64,000 nucleotides of DNA from Thermoproteota archaeon (GTDB lineage: Archaea; Korarchaeota; Korarchaeia; Korarchaeales; Korarchaeaceae). The translations under genes and the position numbers were made by a program. Location of the stretch: the NCBI GenBank assembly GCA_026986575.1, contig JALSOH010000004.1, forward strand, positions 512,001 to 576,000, read 5' to 3'. Below the pieces are notes generated by a model, which saw only the letters and a program-made list of their open reading frames with translations, searched no databases and was not told the DNA's origin. Position 1 is the stretch's first letter. Every line of letters starts with the position of its first letter. Positions 45,559 through 56,150 of this stretch are shown here, one piece after another.

Positions 45559-46447
45559 CGGCGCCGCCAGCCGGCGCCACCTTCATCACCGTTGCAGGTA
45601 TACCTAACCCCTTATAAGCCCGCCTCACCCCCTCGACAACTCGGTCGCACTCCTCGCAGAGGAATAGCATACTCGGTCCAGCTCCACTGATAGACACACC
45701 TAGAGCCCCGGATCTCGTGGCCATCTCTTTGACCTCCCTGTATCCCGGAATGAGTCTAGATCGAGACTCATCCACTAGGGAGTAGGACATTCCTTCACCA
45801 GCTAGCTTCAGATCACCCGTCGCAAGTCCAAGCAACAAAGAAGCGAGGTGAGAGTAGTGTCTGACCATCTCTTCAATACCCACGTTTCTAGGAACCAATA
45901 ATCTCATTTTCTCAGTCTTCCTCTCGGGGATAGGCGTCCAAGGAACAGATAGAACGAACCTCACATCCGGATCGAGCTTCACGATTCTCCTCCCTATTAC
46001 GACCAACCCCCCAAACAGGGAGGGAGCGACGTTATCTGGGTGAGGAGAGCCCGATGCCTCCCTCTCCCCTTCAGCCGCTGCTCTCACGAGATCCTCCTCC
46101 GATAGCACACCACCCAGCTCCAAGTCCACTGCCCTCACCGCTGCCGCCGAAGATGCGCCACTACTTCCTAGACCTCTACCTGGTGGAACTCCCTTCCAAA
46201 GCTTTATCCTAGCGGTTAAATGCTGCTCCGCAGCTTTCAATGCGGCTCTCGCGGCAGCGGCAGCGCTGTTTCTCCTTCCGAGGGGTACGGACTTCGCATA
46301 GGGGCCCTTGACCTCAGTGACTACAGCGTCCGGCCCCCCATTCACGAGCTCGATCTCGACCACGTCGGAGAACGCATCGATCGCTATCCCCATTATGTCA
46401 TAACCCGGCCCCAAGTTGGCACTAGTGCTCCAAGCCCTGACCCTCAT
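45548..46447 (-). CDS. thrB: Homoserine kinase
   Basis: TSANLGPGYD, PPGRGLGSSGAS, HPDNVAP, ISGAGPS. Confidence 0.95.
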   Translation of the reverse strand: MRVRAWSTSANLGPGYDIMGIAIDAFSDVVEIELVNGGPDAVVTEVKGPYAKSVPLGRRNSAAAAARAALKAAEQHLTARIKLWKGVPPGRGLGSSGASSAAAVRAVDLELGGVLSEEDLVRAAAEGEREASGSPHPDNVAPSLFGGLVVIGRRIVKLDPDVRFVLSVPWTPIPERKTEKMRLLVPRNVGIEEMVRHYSHLASLLLGLATGDLKLAGEGMSYSLVDESRSRLIPGYREVKEMATRSGALGVSISGAGPSMLFLCEECDRVVEGVRRAYKGLGIPATVMKVAPAGGADEI

Positions 46448-47625
46448 AGGGCCAGCCCCCTTATCTTCTCCACGGCCTCATCAACACTGGAGGCCCTCAC
46501 CGGCTCTGGGAATGGGAAGGCGTCTGGATCCTTCAGGGCGTGGCCGGTGGCCACTAGCACAACTCTGTCGTCTGGGGAAATCTCCCTTCCTAATAACTTC
46601 AGGTAACCCGCGTACGATGCAGCTGAAGCTGGTTCCACCCCCACACCCATCTTTCCTAATTTCCTCTGAGCCTCCAAGATCTCTCCATCGGTCACGATCT
46701 CGACGACGCCTCTGCTCTCACTTAGGGCCTTGAAGGCCTTTGGCCAGTTCACGGGCCTCCCTATTCTTATTGCGGTGGCCACGGTTTCGGGATTATCAGT
46801 AAAGATAGGCTCACTAAGCCCCTCCTTGAGAGCTCTAGCTATTGGAGAGGCGCCCGCTGCCTGTATGCCCGCCAACCTAGGCATCTTGTCGATAAGACCC
46901 AGCTCTCTCATTTCTTTGAATCCCTTCCATATCGCTGATATGTTGCCAGCGTTTCCCACGGGCAGCACGACCCAATCCGGCACGCCTATCTCGTCGACTA
47001 TCTCGAATGCGAGTGTCTTCTGACCCTCCAACCTCCAAGGATTGATTGAATTGAGGGGATAAAGTCCGCTCTCCCTCCCAGATACTTTCATCACCACATC
47101 CAGTGCGGCATCGAAGGGACCGTCTATCTCCACGATGGTAGCACCGTGAAGCACCGCCTGAGCCAGCTTTCCCCTAGCTACCTTTTTCCTTGGCAGTACG
47201 ACGAAGCTCCTCATGCCCGCTCTGGAGGCATAGGCAGCGACGGAGGCAGAGGTATTCCCGGTGGAGGCGCATATGACGCTCTTCACATTGGCCTCCTTGG
47301 CTAAGGATACTGCTACGGTCATTCCCCTATCTTTGAAGGATCCTGTTGGGTTACTCCCCTCATATTTTACCCAGAGCCTCTCGCCTATCTTTATGAGGGG
47401 GGTGCCTCCCTCGCCCATTGAGATGGGCCTCACTCTGGGTAGGAGTTCCTTATACCTCCACACCCCGAACTTCCTCGTCCTGAAAAGAGCCCAAGATACG
47501 CCGAGGGGCTTCCTCCTGAAGACGGGCTCCAGCAGACCTCCGCAATGAGGGCAAACTATAGTCCAAGGGTCAGCCCTATAGGTCCTGCCGCATTTGACGC
47601 AGCGAAGCTCGTACTCCCCGAGCAT
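46444..47625 (-). CDS. thrC: Threonine synthase
   Basis: EGGTPL, NPTGSFKDRG, CASTGNT, PVGNAGN, TGHALKD; start set at ATG 47625 to avoid overlap with glyA. Confidence 0.95.
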   Translation of the reverse strand: MLGEYELRCVKCGRTYRADPWTIVCPHCGGLLEPVFRRKPLGVSWALFRTRKFGVWRYKELLPRVRPISMGEGGTPLIKIGERLWVKYEGSNPTGSFKDRGMTVAVSLAKEANVKSVICASTGNTSASVAAYASRAGMRSFVVLPRKKVARGKLAQAVLHGATIVEIDGPFDAALDVVMKVSGRESGLYPLNSINPWRLEGQKTLAFEIVDEIGVPDWVVLPVGNAGNISAIWKGFKEMRELGLIDKMPRLAGIQAAGASPIARALKEGLSEPIFTDNPETVATAIRIGRPVNWPKAFKALSESRGVVEIVTDGEILEAQRKLGKMGVGVEPASAASYAGYLKLLGREISPDDRVVLVATGHALKDPDAFPFPEPVRASSVDEAVEKIRGLAL

Positions 47626-47684
47626 CTCGGCTCCCTTCGACACACAGTTATAACTTCTCCCCTCGGTGGAAACTGGGTGGGTGT

Positions 47685-48989
47685 TTGGATCCGGAGGATG
47701 CTTACAGGAGAGTCCTATCCTCAATTGAGGAGCATCATAGGTGGTTCGACTCATCTTTACCCATGATAGCCAGCGAGAATGTTACCAGTCCCGCGGTGAG
47801 GAGGGCGATGACCAGCGATTTCGGTCACCGGTACGCCGAGGGATGGGTGGGAGAGAGGGTCTACGCCGGGACCAAGTACATCGACGATGTGGAATCACTG
47901 GCGATGGAGCTCATAAAGAAGCTGTACGGGGTGAAGTTCGCTGATGTACGTCCAATAAGTGGAGTGGTCGCCAACCTGTCCGTATATACGGCCCTCACAC
48001 AGCCAGGGGATGTCGTGATGGCGCTGCCCATAACTAAGGGTGGGCACATCAGCATGGGACCCTTGAGGGGTTCTAAGGGGCAGTTCATAGGGGGCACGGC
48101 AGGAGCCGTCAGAGGCTTGGATGTGAAGTACATAGCCTTCGATGACGAGAACATGAACATAGATGTCGATAAGACCATCAACAGGATGGAGAAGTACGAG
48201 CCCAAACTGATAATGATGGGAGGCAGCGTGATCCTCTTCCCACAACCGGTGAAAGAGCTAGTGGAGGCGGCTAAGTCCATGGGAGCTGCGGTTAACTATG
48301 ACGCCGCTCATGTCGCTGGGTTAATTGCGGGAGGTAAGTTCCAGCGTCCCTTGGAGGAGGGGGCCGATGTGATGACCTTCAGCACCCACAAGACCTTCTT
48401 CGGCCCCCAGCACGGCGCGGTGGCGACTAACGACGAGGAAAAATTCGAACTGATCAAGCTGGCCAACTTTCCGGGTCTTCTGAGCAATCACCATCTACAT
48501 GCGGTGGCAGCGCTGGCAATAGCAGCCGCGGAGATGCTCGCATTTGGTAAGGAGTATGCTGAGGCAGTTATTAAGAACGCTAAAGCCTTGGCTCAGGCGT
48601 TACACGACGAGGAATTCAAGGTGGTCGCGGAGCACTTAGGATTCACTGAGAGCCACCAGGTCCTCCTCGATGTGGACGATCTGGGTGGAGGATACAAATG
48701 CGAGAAGCTGCTTGAGGAGGCCAACATAATAGTGAACAGGAACCTTCTGCCATGGGACATAAAGAGGGGGAGGAGCTTCAAGGACCCGGGCGGCCTGAGG
48801 CTGGGAGTCTCCGAGCTGACGAGGCTCGGCATGGGACCGGATGAGATGGGGGAGGTGGCGAAGTTCTACAGGGAGGTCCTGATAGACGGGAAGGATCCAA
48901 AGGAAGTCGCTAGAGAGGTTTCAGAACTGAGAAAAGGGTTCAAGACCGTGAAATATGCGTTCGAGGAGGGCCCGGCCTACGAACACTGA
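47685..48989 (+). CDS. glyA: Serine hydroxymethyltransferase
   Basis: MIASEN, RYAEG, GGHISM, YDAAH, STHKT, GLRLG. Confidence 0.95.
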   Translation: MDPEDAYRRVLSSIEEHHRWFDSSLPMIASENVTSPAVRRAMTSDFGHRYAEGWVGERVYAGTKYIDDVESLAMELIKKLYGVKFADVRPISGVVANLSVYTALTQPGDVVMALPITKGGHISMGPLRGSKGQFIGGTAGAVRGLDVKYIAFDDENMNIDVDKTINRMEKYEPKLIMMGGSVILFPQPVKELVEAAKSMGAAVNYDAAHVAGLIAGGKFQRPLEEGADVMTFSTHKTFFGPQHGAVATNDEEKFELIKLANFPGLLSNHHLHAVAALAIAAAEMLAFGKEYAEAVIKNAKALAQALHDEEFKVVAEHLGFTESHQVLLDVDDLGGGYKCEKLLEEANIIVNRNLLPWDIKRGRSFKDPGGLRLGVSELTRLGMGPDEMGEVAKFYREVLIDGKDPKEVAREVSELRKGFKTVKYAFEEGPAYEH

Positions 48990-49797
48990 CATTCGCCGCT
49001 TGATAGAGGACAGGACGAGGGGCTCGCTGGAGATATTCGAGGAGGCCATGAGCTTACTCGATAGGTCGATGGATCCGTGTAAAGATGCTAGAGTCCTCAG
49101 GGAAGCTCATCCAGAGATGACGGCTCTTGAATACTTGGAGATGGCAGCGTGCTCCGGATCTATGCATAAGTTAAGGGAGTTCTACGGTAGATCCAAGGAG
49201 AAGCTGGCTTTCACATGCTCTAAACTCCTATCTGAGCTGGGGATCGAAGTCATAGCGACCTTGAGCAGGAGTTCTGCGGTCATAAACTGTCTGAAAAGGT
49301 CCCCCGTGAGCGAGGTGATAGTAGGGGAATCAAGACCGGGAAGGGAGGGGCTGAAGACTGCTGAAATTCTCAGAGATGCGGGGTTCAAGGTCACTCTAGT
49401 GGTGGATGCCCTCCTCCCGTGGTACTCCAAGAGGAGAGAGGCCGTGGGACTGGTCGGTGCTGACAGGGTCACCCCCTCCTGCCTGATAAACAAGGCTGGC
49501 ACTCTGCCGCTCGCGACCCTGATCAGGACGATAGCGGTCCCTGGGCTCCTCAAGCTTCACAAGGATGAGTACATCATCGAGAGGAGGGATCCAAGGGAGG
49601 TAGCAGTGCTGGAAGGCGTGGAAGTGGTGAACATCTACTTCGACGAGACACCCCTGAATTCCCTCCACAGGCTGGTGTTCGAGGGCCTCGTGCTTGAGCC
49701 CCAAGAGATAGGAAAGGCCTACGAAAAATTGGAGATGGTACTGGGAATTAGATCAGATGGAGGATCATCAGGAAGAGGCTTATCACAGCGGAGATGA
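48955..49797 (+). CDS. eIF-2B/IF-2B family protein
   Basis: TLSRSSAV, ESRPGREG, LVGAD, INKAGT, NIYFDETP. Confidence 0.8.
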   Translation: MRSRRARPTNTDIRRLIEDRTRGSLEIFEEAMSLLDRSMDPCKDARVLREAHPEMTALEYLEMAACSGSMHKLREFYGRSKEKLAFTCSKLLSELGIEVIATLSRSSAVINCLKRSPVSEVIVGESRPGREGLKTAEILRDAGFKVTLVVDALLPWYSKRREAVGLVGADRVTPSCLINKAGTLPLATLIRTIAVPGLLKLHKDEYIIERRDPREVAVLEGVEVVNIYFDETPLNSLHRLVFEGLVLEPQEIGKAYEKLEMVLGIRSDGGSSGRGLSQRR

Positions 49798-50104
49798 TCC
49801 AGGCAACTATAGAGATGGCCGCGGCGGTCAGCCATCCCACCTTGAACCACACCTTCAGCACCCAAATCCAAACTACTATGATTATGACCTTCTCCAAAAT
49901 CCACAGAGGGAGCAAGGCGAAAAGAATCCCAAGTACGAAGTCTATCACCGACCAGACGAAGGCGAGGGCCAAAGCCGATAGGAAGGGTTGCTCCTTCTTC
50001 TCAGGAAGCACTATCTTCTGAGCTAACCAGAGGACGACAGCGCTCACAACCAAGGTCACGAGGAATCTCACGAGAGAACCGAAAATACCGGTCATCGAGA
50101 TCAT
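49748..50104 (-). CDS. Small four-TM membrane protein
   Basis: Almost entirely hydrophobic 118 aa. Confidence 0.7.
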   Translation of the reverse strand: MISMTGIFGSLVRFLVTLVVSAVVLWLAQKIVLPEKKEQPFLSALALAFVWSVIDFVLGILFALLPLWILEKVIIIVVWIWVLKVWFKVGWLTAAAISIVAWIISAVISLFLMILHLI

Positions 50105-50149
50105 ACAAATCCCAGAGCCTCCTCTCTGGGAAGTTAAAAATGGGGGTGG

Positions 50150-52777
50150 TCAGCCGGTCTCGCTCCTTATGATCTTCTCTATCTCACTCTGGAACCTCCT
50201 CAAAGCTGCCATCTTATCCTCCATGAATATCAGGTCGCTCAGACCCTCCAGCACTATATTGTGGGCGAAGGGCGTGGGCACCTCCACCATCCCAATGTCG
50301 ACGACCCTTATCCTGCCGCTCTCTATACCCCTCACCACCTCCTCGGCCCTCTTCACATCCATGTAATCCTCTAAGATCTCCCTGTACGCCTCCTTAAGCA
50401 GGGGAAATCCATCAATCTTCTCAACTATTCTGAGGAGACTCTGAGCACTTATCTGCTGCTTGTTAACGCTGATCTCATACCCCTTGTAGTTCCTGAGGAT
50501 CATCAATCCCCTAGCAGCTACGTGCCTGAACCTCCTCCTGAGGAGCTCGGTCTTCGCTAAGGCTTTCTCCAATACTTCCCTGAGGTCCCATCCCACTAGG
50601 TCCTCTATCGTCGCCACCGGCTTAACTCCCCTAGGATATATTATCGCGAATCCGGTGTCCTTCACCGCTATTCCCAGATTCCTTCTCACCTTCCTGCCAG
50701 CTATATAGGCTAGGGCCCTCGAGAGAGCGTCATTGGTCCTCCTGCCGTAGAGGGAGTGGGTCACTTGATGTATTCTGCCCTCCTCATCCGCGTAGCTCTC
50801 AATCAGAATGACTTCGTGGGACGGCATACCCTTCAGGCTCACGCCGAGGGACTTCAAGTAGAGGTACTGCTGTCTCAGGTAGTTGTATATGGCCAGAGCA
50901 GCCATCCTGTTCGCGTTGCTCATCCTCATTATCATGCTAACGAGCTCCCTCTTAGTGGCGCCTTCCTCGAGCATCCTGAAGAACTCGCCCCTGAACCTTC
51001 CAATCTCCAGTGCCAACTCGTAGCTGAGGGGAAGCATCTCCGAGAACCATGCAGGTACCGTCGGCTTCTGATCAAAGGCAGGCTTGACCTTGACCCTCAG
51101 TCCTCTCGCCGACACGAACTCATAGACTTTTCCGCCCAGCACGAACCTGTCCCCAGGCATGAGCCTCTCTAGAAAGCCCTCCTCCAAGTTCCCCACGTAC
51201 CTGCCGTCCGTGGTGTACACTTTAGCGGCGACCTCGTCAGGTATGGTCCCTATATTGGTGGCGTAGATCACCCTAGCGTACTTCCCCCTCCTACCGAATA
51301 CCCCCTCCCCAGGGTCGTACCATATCTTCCCGTACACTTTCCTGCTCTCCAACTGGGTGTACTCCCCAGCTAGGTACCTGAGGACGGACTCGAAGTCCTC
51401 CCAGCTCAGGTCAACGTAGGGGTAGGCCGACCTCACGAGATTGTAGGCGTCCTCTACCCTCCACTTACTCTCGACGGCCATTCCCACTATGTGCTGCGCC
51501 AGCACGTCGAGGGGCCCCCTAGGAATGTGCACCATGTCCAGCCTGCCTGCCAGCGCCTCCCTCAGCATGACCGCAACCTCAACAGCATCGTCCCTGTCCA
51601 CGACAATGAACCTGCCCTTGGAGACCTCGTGGAGCCTGTGACCAGCCCTACCGATCCTCTGCAATGCCCTAGTCACTGATTTGGGACTGCCTATTTGCAC
51701 CACCAGATCTATGTAACCTATGTCGATGCCCAGCTCTAAGCTAGTGGAGCTTACTATCGCCTTGAGCTCCCCTCTCTTCAGTCTCTCCTCCACCTCGCCC
51801 CTCACGTCCCTAGAGAGGGAGCTGTGGTGAGCAGCTATCTTCTCGTCTACGTCCTCCACACTATTCTTCAGGACCTTCTTCAAGTGGAAGACGACCCTCT
51901 CGGTTCCGCTCCTCGTGTTAGTGAATATGAGTGTGGTGGTATGCTTTTTTATGAGCTTGGAAATGAGCTTGTACATCTTGGCCGAGACTACTTCCGTGGG
52001 CGTGTTCACCAGATCGCTCACCGGCGATAGCAGAGCGAGATCTAGGGCCTTGGCCCAGTTGGTCTCGACTATCAGGCAGTCTCTAGGCCTGCCATTCTCG
52101 TAGCCCACCAAGAACTTGGCAACCTCGTCGAGGGGATTTATCGTGGCCGACAGACCTATCCTGATGAAATCCCTGCCAACTAGCCATCTCAACCTCTCAA
52201 GGGAGAGGGAGAGGTGAGTGCCCCTCTTGTTCTCCACCAAGCTGTGGATCTCATCCACTATGACCCACTTAACGGTCCTCAGCTTCTCCCTGAACTTGGG
52301 AGCCGTGAGGATGATGCCAAGTGTCTCAGGAGTCGTTATGAGTATGTGAGGCGGTTTTCTCAACTGCTTAGCCTTCTCATTAGATGGGGTATCACCGGTT
52401 CTCACCGCATGCCTTATCTCCGGTAGATTATGGGAGAGTTCCCTTATCTCTCTGAGAGGGACTTCCAAGTTCCTGTATATGTCGTTGTTCAGTGCCCTGA
52501 GTGGGGAGACGTATATGGCGTAGACCGAATCTTGGAGCTCCCCCCTCTCACCCATCTCCAAGAGCTCACTTATTATGGATAGGAAGGCCGTCAGGGTCTT
52601 TCCCGTGCCCGTGGGGCTGGTGACTAAGACGTTCCTGCCCTCGTGGATCGGAACCACAGCGTATCTCTGCGGAGGACTTAGATCGACGAACTTAGAGTCG
52701 AACCAGAGGGCTACGGCTGGATGGAGCACCTCAAGCACTTCTGCCTTGCTGTACTCCCTGAGGGCCTTAGCTATCAT
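50150..52777 (-). CDS. lhr: Lhr-type SF2 helicase
   Basis: SPTGTGKT, PLRALNND, DEIH, GLSAT, HHSSLS, LELGID, QRIGRAGH, NIGTIPD. Confidence 0.93.
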   Translation of the reverse strand: MIAKALREYSKAEVLEVLHPAVALWFDSKFVDLSPPQRYAVVPIHEGRNVLVTSPTGTGKTLTAFLSIISELLEMGERGELQDSVYAIYVSPLRALNNDIYRNLEVPLREIRELSHNLPEIRHAVRTGDTPSNEKAKQLRKPPHILITTPETLGIILTAPKFREKLRTVKWVIVDEIHSLVENKRGTHLSLSLERLRWLVGRDFIRIGLSATINPLDEVAKFLVGYENGRPRDCLIVETNWAKALDLALLSPVSDLVNTPTEVVSAKMYKLISKLIKKHTTTLIFTNTRSGTERVVFHLKKVLKNSVEDVDEKIAAHHSSLSRDVRGEVEERLKRGELKAIVSSTSLELGIDIGYIDLVVQIGSPKSVTRALQRIGRAGHRLHEVSKGRFIVVDRDDAVEVAVMLREALAGRLDMVHIPRGPLDVLAQHIVGMAVESKWRVEDAYNLVRSAYPYVDLSWEDFESVLRYLAGEYTQLESRKVYGKIWYDPGEGVFGRRGKYARVIYATNIGTIPDEVAAKVYTTDGRYVGNLEEGFLERLMPGDRFVLGGKVYEFVSARGLRVKVKPAFDQKPTVPAWFSEMLPLSYELALEIGRFRGEFFRMLEEGATKRELVSMIMRMSNANRMAALAIYNYLRQQYLYLKSLGVSLKGMPSHEVILIESYADEEGRIHQVTHSLYGRRTNDALSRALAYIAGRKVRRNLGIAVKDTGFAIIYPRGVKPVATIEDLVGWDLREVLEKALAKTELLRRRFRHVAARGLMILRNYKGYEISVNKQQISAQSLLRIVEKIDGFPLLKEAYREILEDYMDVKRAEEVVRGIESGRIRVVDIGMVEVPTPFAHNIVLEGLSDLIFMEDKMAALRRFQSEIEKIIRSETG

Positions 52778-53014
52778 GGATACCGCGCTTCATACAGGGA
52801 GGGTTTGATAACCTTGGTGGGCATCGCTTCCGATCTTAAGCGGAATTACTAAACTTGTATGGATAAATACGTTGAATATAATTGCTACATCGCCCTTCGT
52901 AATACAATATAATATTAACTACTTATATCGACAACGTTGTTCCAAAAGACAGGCCTTCTTATGGGATCAAGGAGGTGAGGAAGCCCTCGACCTTAGGAGT
53001 GAGAGCCCAACGAT

Positions 53015-53524
53015 CTACTTCTCATCCTCCAATATTATCTCGAAAGTTCCATCCGGTCTGTGCAGGAAGAGGATGGATTTGGGAAAGATCTTTCTAACCT
53101 CCAATAGCGTCTCCAGATCGTCATCGTGGTACTCGACCACTTCACAGCCCAGCTTCCTGACTAAGGAGGGTTTCAGTTCCCTATCCACCTGGTAGTTGTC
53201 GTTGGGCCTCATGACCAGCTCATCGAATGGAATACCAGCTGCCATGAGCTGGAGGACGGTATCCCTCCTGAGCCACTCGTACCTTCCCGTAATCAAAACA
53301 ACTCTCAACCCCCTCCTCTTTGCATCATGAACCATTTCTATGGACCTGTATAATGGTCTATCCAGTTTCAGGAGGTTAGGATCCATGAAATCTCTCCAAA
53401 ACTCCTTCTGAAGTTCGAACGGCAGCTCTCTCGGGGATCTCACTCCGAACCGGCTTATAGCTACCTCAAACCTAGTTCTAGCATCGAATAGCGTATTATC
53501 TATATCGAACACAGCGCACCTCAT
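53015..53524 (-). CDS. HAD-family phosphatase (PNKP 3'-phosphatase-like)
   Basis: FDIDNTL, ITGR, LVMRP..N...D..LK, DDD. Confidence 0.75.
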   Translation of the reverse strand: MRCAVFDIDNTLFDARTRFEVAISRFGVRSPRELPFELQKEFWRDFMDPNLLKLDRPLYRSIEMVHDAKRRGLRVVLITGRYEWLRRDTVLQLMAAGIPFDELVMRPNDNYQVDRELKPSLVRKLGCEVVEYHDDDLETLLEVRKIFPKSILFLHRPDGTFEIILEDEK

Positions 53525-54279
53525 TAGAGCACCCTAGCAGCCCTCTTCACCACACCGAGGGGACCCAGCTCCTCAACTCCCACCTCCTCGTCAACAATAT
53601 AAACGATGAAATCATCCAAATTCACTCGCCTCAACAGAGGTGAGAGCAAACCGCTACTTCCTACCTTCAGTATGTCCGTTCCCGGGGCTAGGGGTGAGAG
53701 GGCAGGTAGAACCAATACCTCGATCCCCATGTAGATCCCCTTGAGGAACACCTTGAACTTGTGTCCCCCTCCCAGATCATCCCTAAGCGATATAGCTGGA
53801 TGCTCATGTCCCATCACTATGAGATCCACCCCTTCTGGTATCGCCAGCAACTCCTTATGTCCGTGAAAATACATCACGTTGCCTAGAAGGAGGTAAGGAT
53901 CCCTTATCTCAATGCCCTCTCTGAGGAGGATGGGGATCAGGTAGTTATCGTGGTTCCCCCTGACCGCCTCGATCCTCACACCCTCCTCCCTCAGGGACCT
54001 TATCAGATCTAGGACCTCCCTCCACTCTTGACTGAGGGCCCCTCCGAACTCGTGCTTTATGTCACCGTTGAGGATCACTGTTTCCGGATCTCTCTCCCTA
54101 ATGTACCTCAGAATTTCCCCTTTTATCCACGGGTACTGCTCGTAAGGGAGTTCCACTCCTCTCTCCCTCAAAGCATCCTCGTAGCCCAAGTGAAGGTCCG
54201 CCACTACCAGCGTGCTGTTCACCATGGCTCCGTAGGGGAACACTTCGATACTGTTCGTGAGTAGGTATTTCCTCATCAA
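53524..54279 (-). CDS. Metallophosphoesterase (Lhr-associated MPE type)
   Basis: ADLHLG, NGDIKH, RGNHD, FHGH, MGHEHP. Confidence 0.88.
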   Translation of the reverse strand: MMRKYLLTNSIEVFPYGAMVNSTLVVADLHLGYEDALRERGVELPYEQYPWIKGEILRYIRERDPETVILNGDIKHEFGGALSQEWREVLDLIRSLREEGVRIEAVRGNHDNYLIPILLREGIEIRDPYLLLGNVMYFHGHKELLAIPEGVDLIVMGHEHPAISLRDDLGGGHKFKVFLKGIYMGIEVLVLPALSPLAPGTDILKVGSSGLLSPLLRRVNLDDFIVYIVDEEVGVEELGPLGVVKRAARVL

Positions 54280-54621
54280 GGGAATAATCTAGGAGACTGG
54301 TTAATAAGCTCTAACCGAAAATGGACTGAGACCGAACTTTCCTTCTTGTCTTGTTGGCAAAGGGAAGGCGAAACACTTTCTTGAAGGCGTAGATGTAGGG
54401 CGCCACACTAGTAAGTGCTGTGGAATGAAGGTAGAGCGAAAACGGAATTAGTAATAATATCTTAACATAGCGGAGCACGGCAAATTATGTGGAAATGTCC
54501 CCTGTTCCCGATCTAACGATGTCCAATAATATGATGCTCCAAAGTATATCGATTCCATCTTTCGTCAAAAATTGAAGGATATTTAAATATATAGCAATCC
54601 AAATATTTTTGGTAGACATCA

Positions 54622-55434
54622 ATGATCTCGAAAAGTAGAATAACTGTCTTGGTAATATCCGCCTCTCTGTTAATTCTTTTGTTAGTTATTCTATCGTCCG
54701 CGCTTAACCCCCCGGAATCTATGAGCCTTCCGATGGGATCCGTCTACTCCCCTCCCATCTCAAAGGTCAAGAAGGATCTATTGGACAGCTTCATGAATAT
54801 CACTTTAGAGAAATTAAAGGAAGACAGGGAATATAGTTTAAAGTATCTGAATTTCACGCGATGGTTAGGCGAAACATACGGCCTCGCTTACGACGAACTT
54901 TTCTGGACCAAAGAGGAGCTTGTCAAGATAATGGAGAAGGCCAAGCAATTAGACGAGGAGGCCGCCGACTGGCTCAAACAGGTGAACGCAACCTTCATCG
55001 TGGCCTTTAACCTGCCGCCAGATACTAACCTGTCATACGCTAATATGATGGCAGATCTCATCTCCAAATATGCCCCGAACTTCAAGGCGGTCAAGGTGCA
55101 GATCCTCTATATCATAGACAGATACAAGGTGAAGTACAAGGAAGGGTCCATGGATCTGTACCTGAGCATCATCAGGGCCTTCCTCCAGAGGAACCTCAGT
55201 ATTAGAGTGAAGACCATTGAGCCATACGGAATAGGAAGCGTGGAAATCACGCCAGCAGATCTGGACAAGCTCACACCACAATATCTGGAAAAGGCATTGG
55301 ATGCGACCGAGGAAGCGGCAAAGGGCGAGAAACCTAAGCTTCCCAACTATAAGTCAGCTTGGGAATGTGAGCAATGGTATCAGGGTCCTGTAACGGTCTA
55401 TAACACGAATTTTCACTGGAAGTGGTGGTTCTAG
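54622..55434 (+). CDS. Membrane-anchored/secreted hypothetical protein, possibly the 5' part of a broken gene
   Basis: N-terminal TM, TATA-like TTTAAATATA upstream, ends in aromatic NFHWKWWF*. Confidence 0.65.
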   Translation: MISKSRITVLVISASLLILLLVILSSALNPPESMSLPMGSVYSPPISKVKKDLLDSFMNITLEKLKEDREYSLKYLNFTRWLGETYGLAYDELFWTKEELVKIMEKAKQLDEEAADWLKQVNATFIVAFNLPPDTNLSYANMMADLISKYAPNFKAVKVQILYIIDRYKVKYKEGSMDLYLSIIRAFLQRNLSIRVKTIEPYGIGSVEITPADLDKLTPQYLEKALDATEEAAKGEKPKLPNYKSAWECEQWYQGPVTVYNTNFHWKWWF

Positions 55435-55469
55435 CATTTCTGCGGAGGTTGGGGTGAATTAAGTGTAAG

Positions 55470-55787
55470 ATGTACGCACCTGAGGAGAGCGAGGGGTGTG
55501 ACATTCATTACATTCGCTGGATGCGTTTTCATATGGAAGAAGATTATACCTTCGGCCTTATAGACTTTCCGGGGTGCGAATACGCAAGTAACTGTGGAGG
55601 AACCTGCGGGTCAGCTAATACTAAATTTCATGGTTTTTGCGCCGTTACATACGCGAAAATGAGCCCCTACATAAGGTTTTACTCTTATTATATGATAATA
55701 GCTGATTACACACTGACCTATCACAGCACATATGGATGCCCATATTATTTATATTGCGGCTGCATGGGTTCGTGTAATTACCCTTAG
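55470..55787 (+). CDS. Cys/Tyr-rich small ORF (or 3' part of the preceding gene)
   Basis: 105 aa with 9 Cys and many Tyr; ends GCPYYLYCGCMGSCNYP. Confidence 0.5.
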   Translation: MYAPEESEGCDIHYIRWMRFHMEEDYTFGLIDFPGCEYASNCGGTCGSANTKFHGFCAVTYAKMSPYIRFYSYYMIIADYTLTYHSTYGCPYYLYCGCMGSCNYP

Positions 55788-56150
55788 ATGTTTATCATAA
55801 ACGTGATAAGAATACCATGATCTATAGATCTTCATAGATCTTCAGAATTTGTGGAAGTATCTATATGTTTTTTACCAACTTTAATGTAACATATGCTATT
55901 TTTATTGAGTGATGAGTGGTTACCTCCACTTAAGAGGTTCATCACCCAGGCTTGCCAAGTAAATTTGATAATACACTCCCTATTTCTCCCGATTAATTCT
56001 TCCCTTATTTCAAAAATAAATAATTCTTCTTTCTTTTTAGTACGGGCAACGAACTCTAAATCAAACAACAAGGACAGCTGGGCGCAAAAGAAAGAGTCCA
56101 TACAATAAAGAGAATTTGTATATTTGATGCCAGTGTAGATACTGGGAAAA

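Noticed and set aside
52800-53010. AT-rich intergenic stretch as a replication origin
   Set aside because: No repeated ORB-like boxes seen, and it is far from cdc6
54280-54620. ORB-like words CTGTGGAATGAAGG and ATGTGGAAATG
   Set aside because: Weak partial matches without the TCCA half or G-string
55819-55844. Palindrome GATCTATAGATC with tandem TAGATCTTCA
   Set aside because: Short, single occurrence in decayed AT-rich DNA; no function supportable
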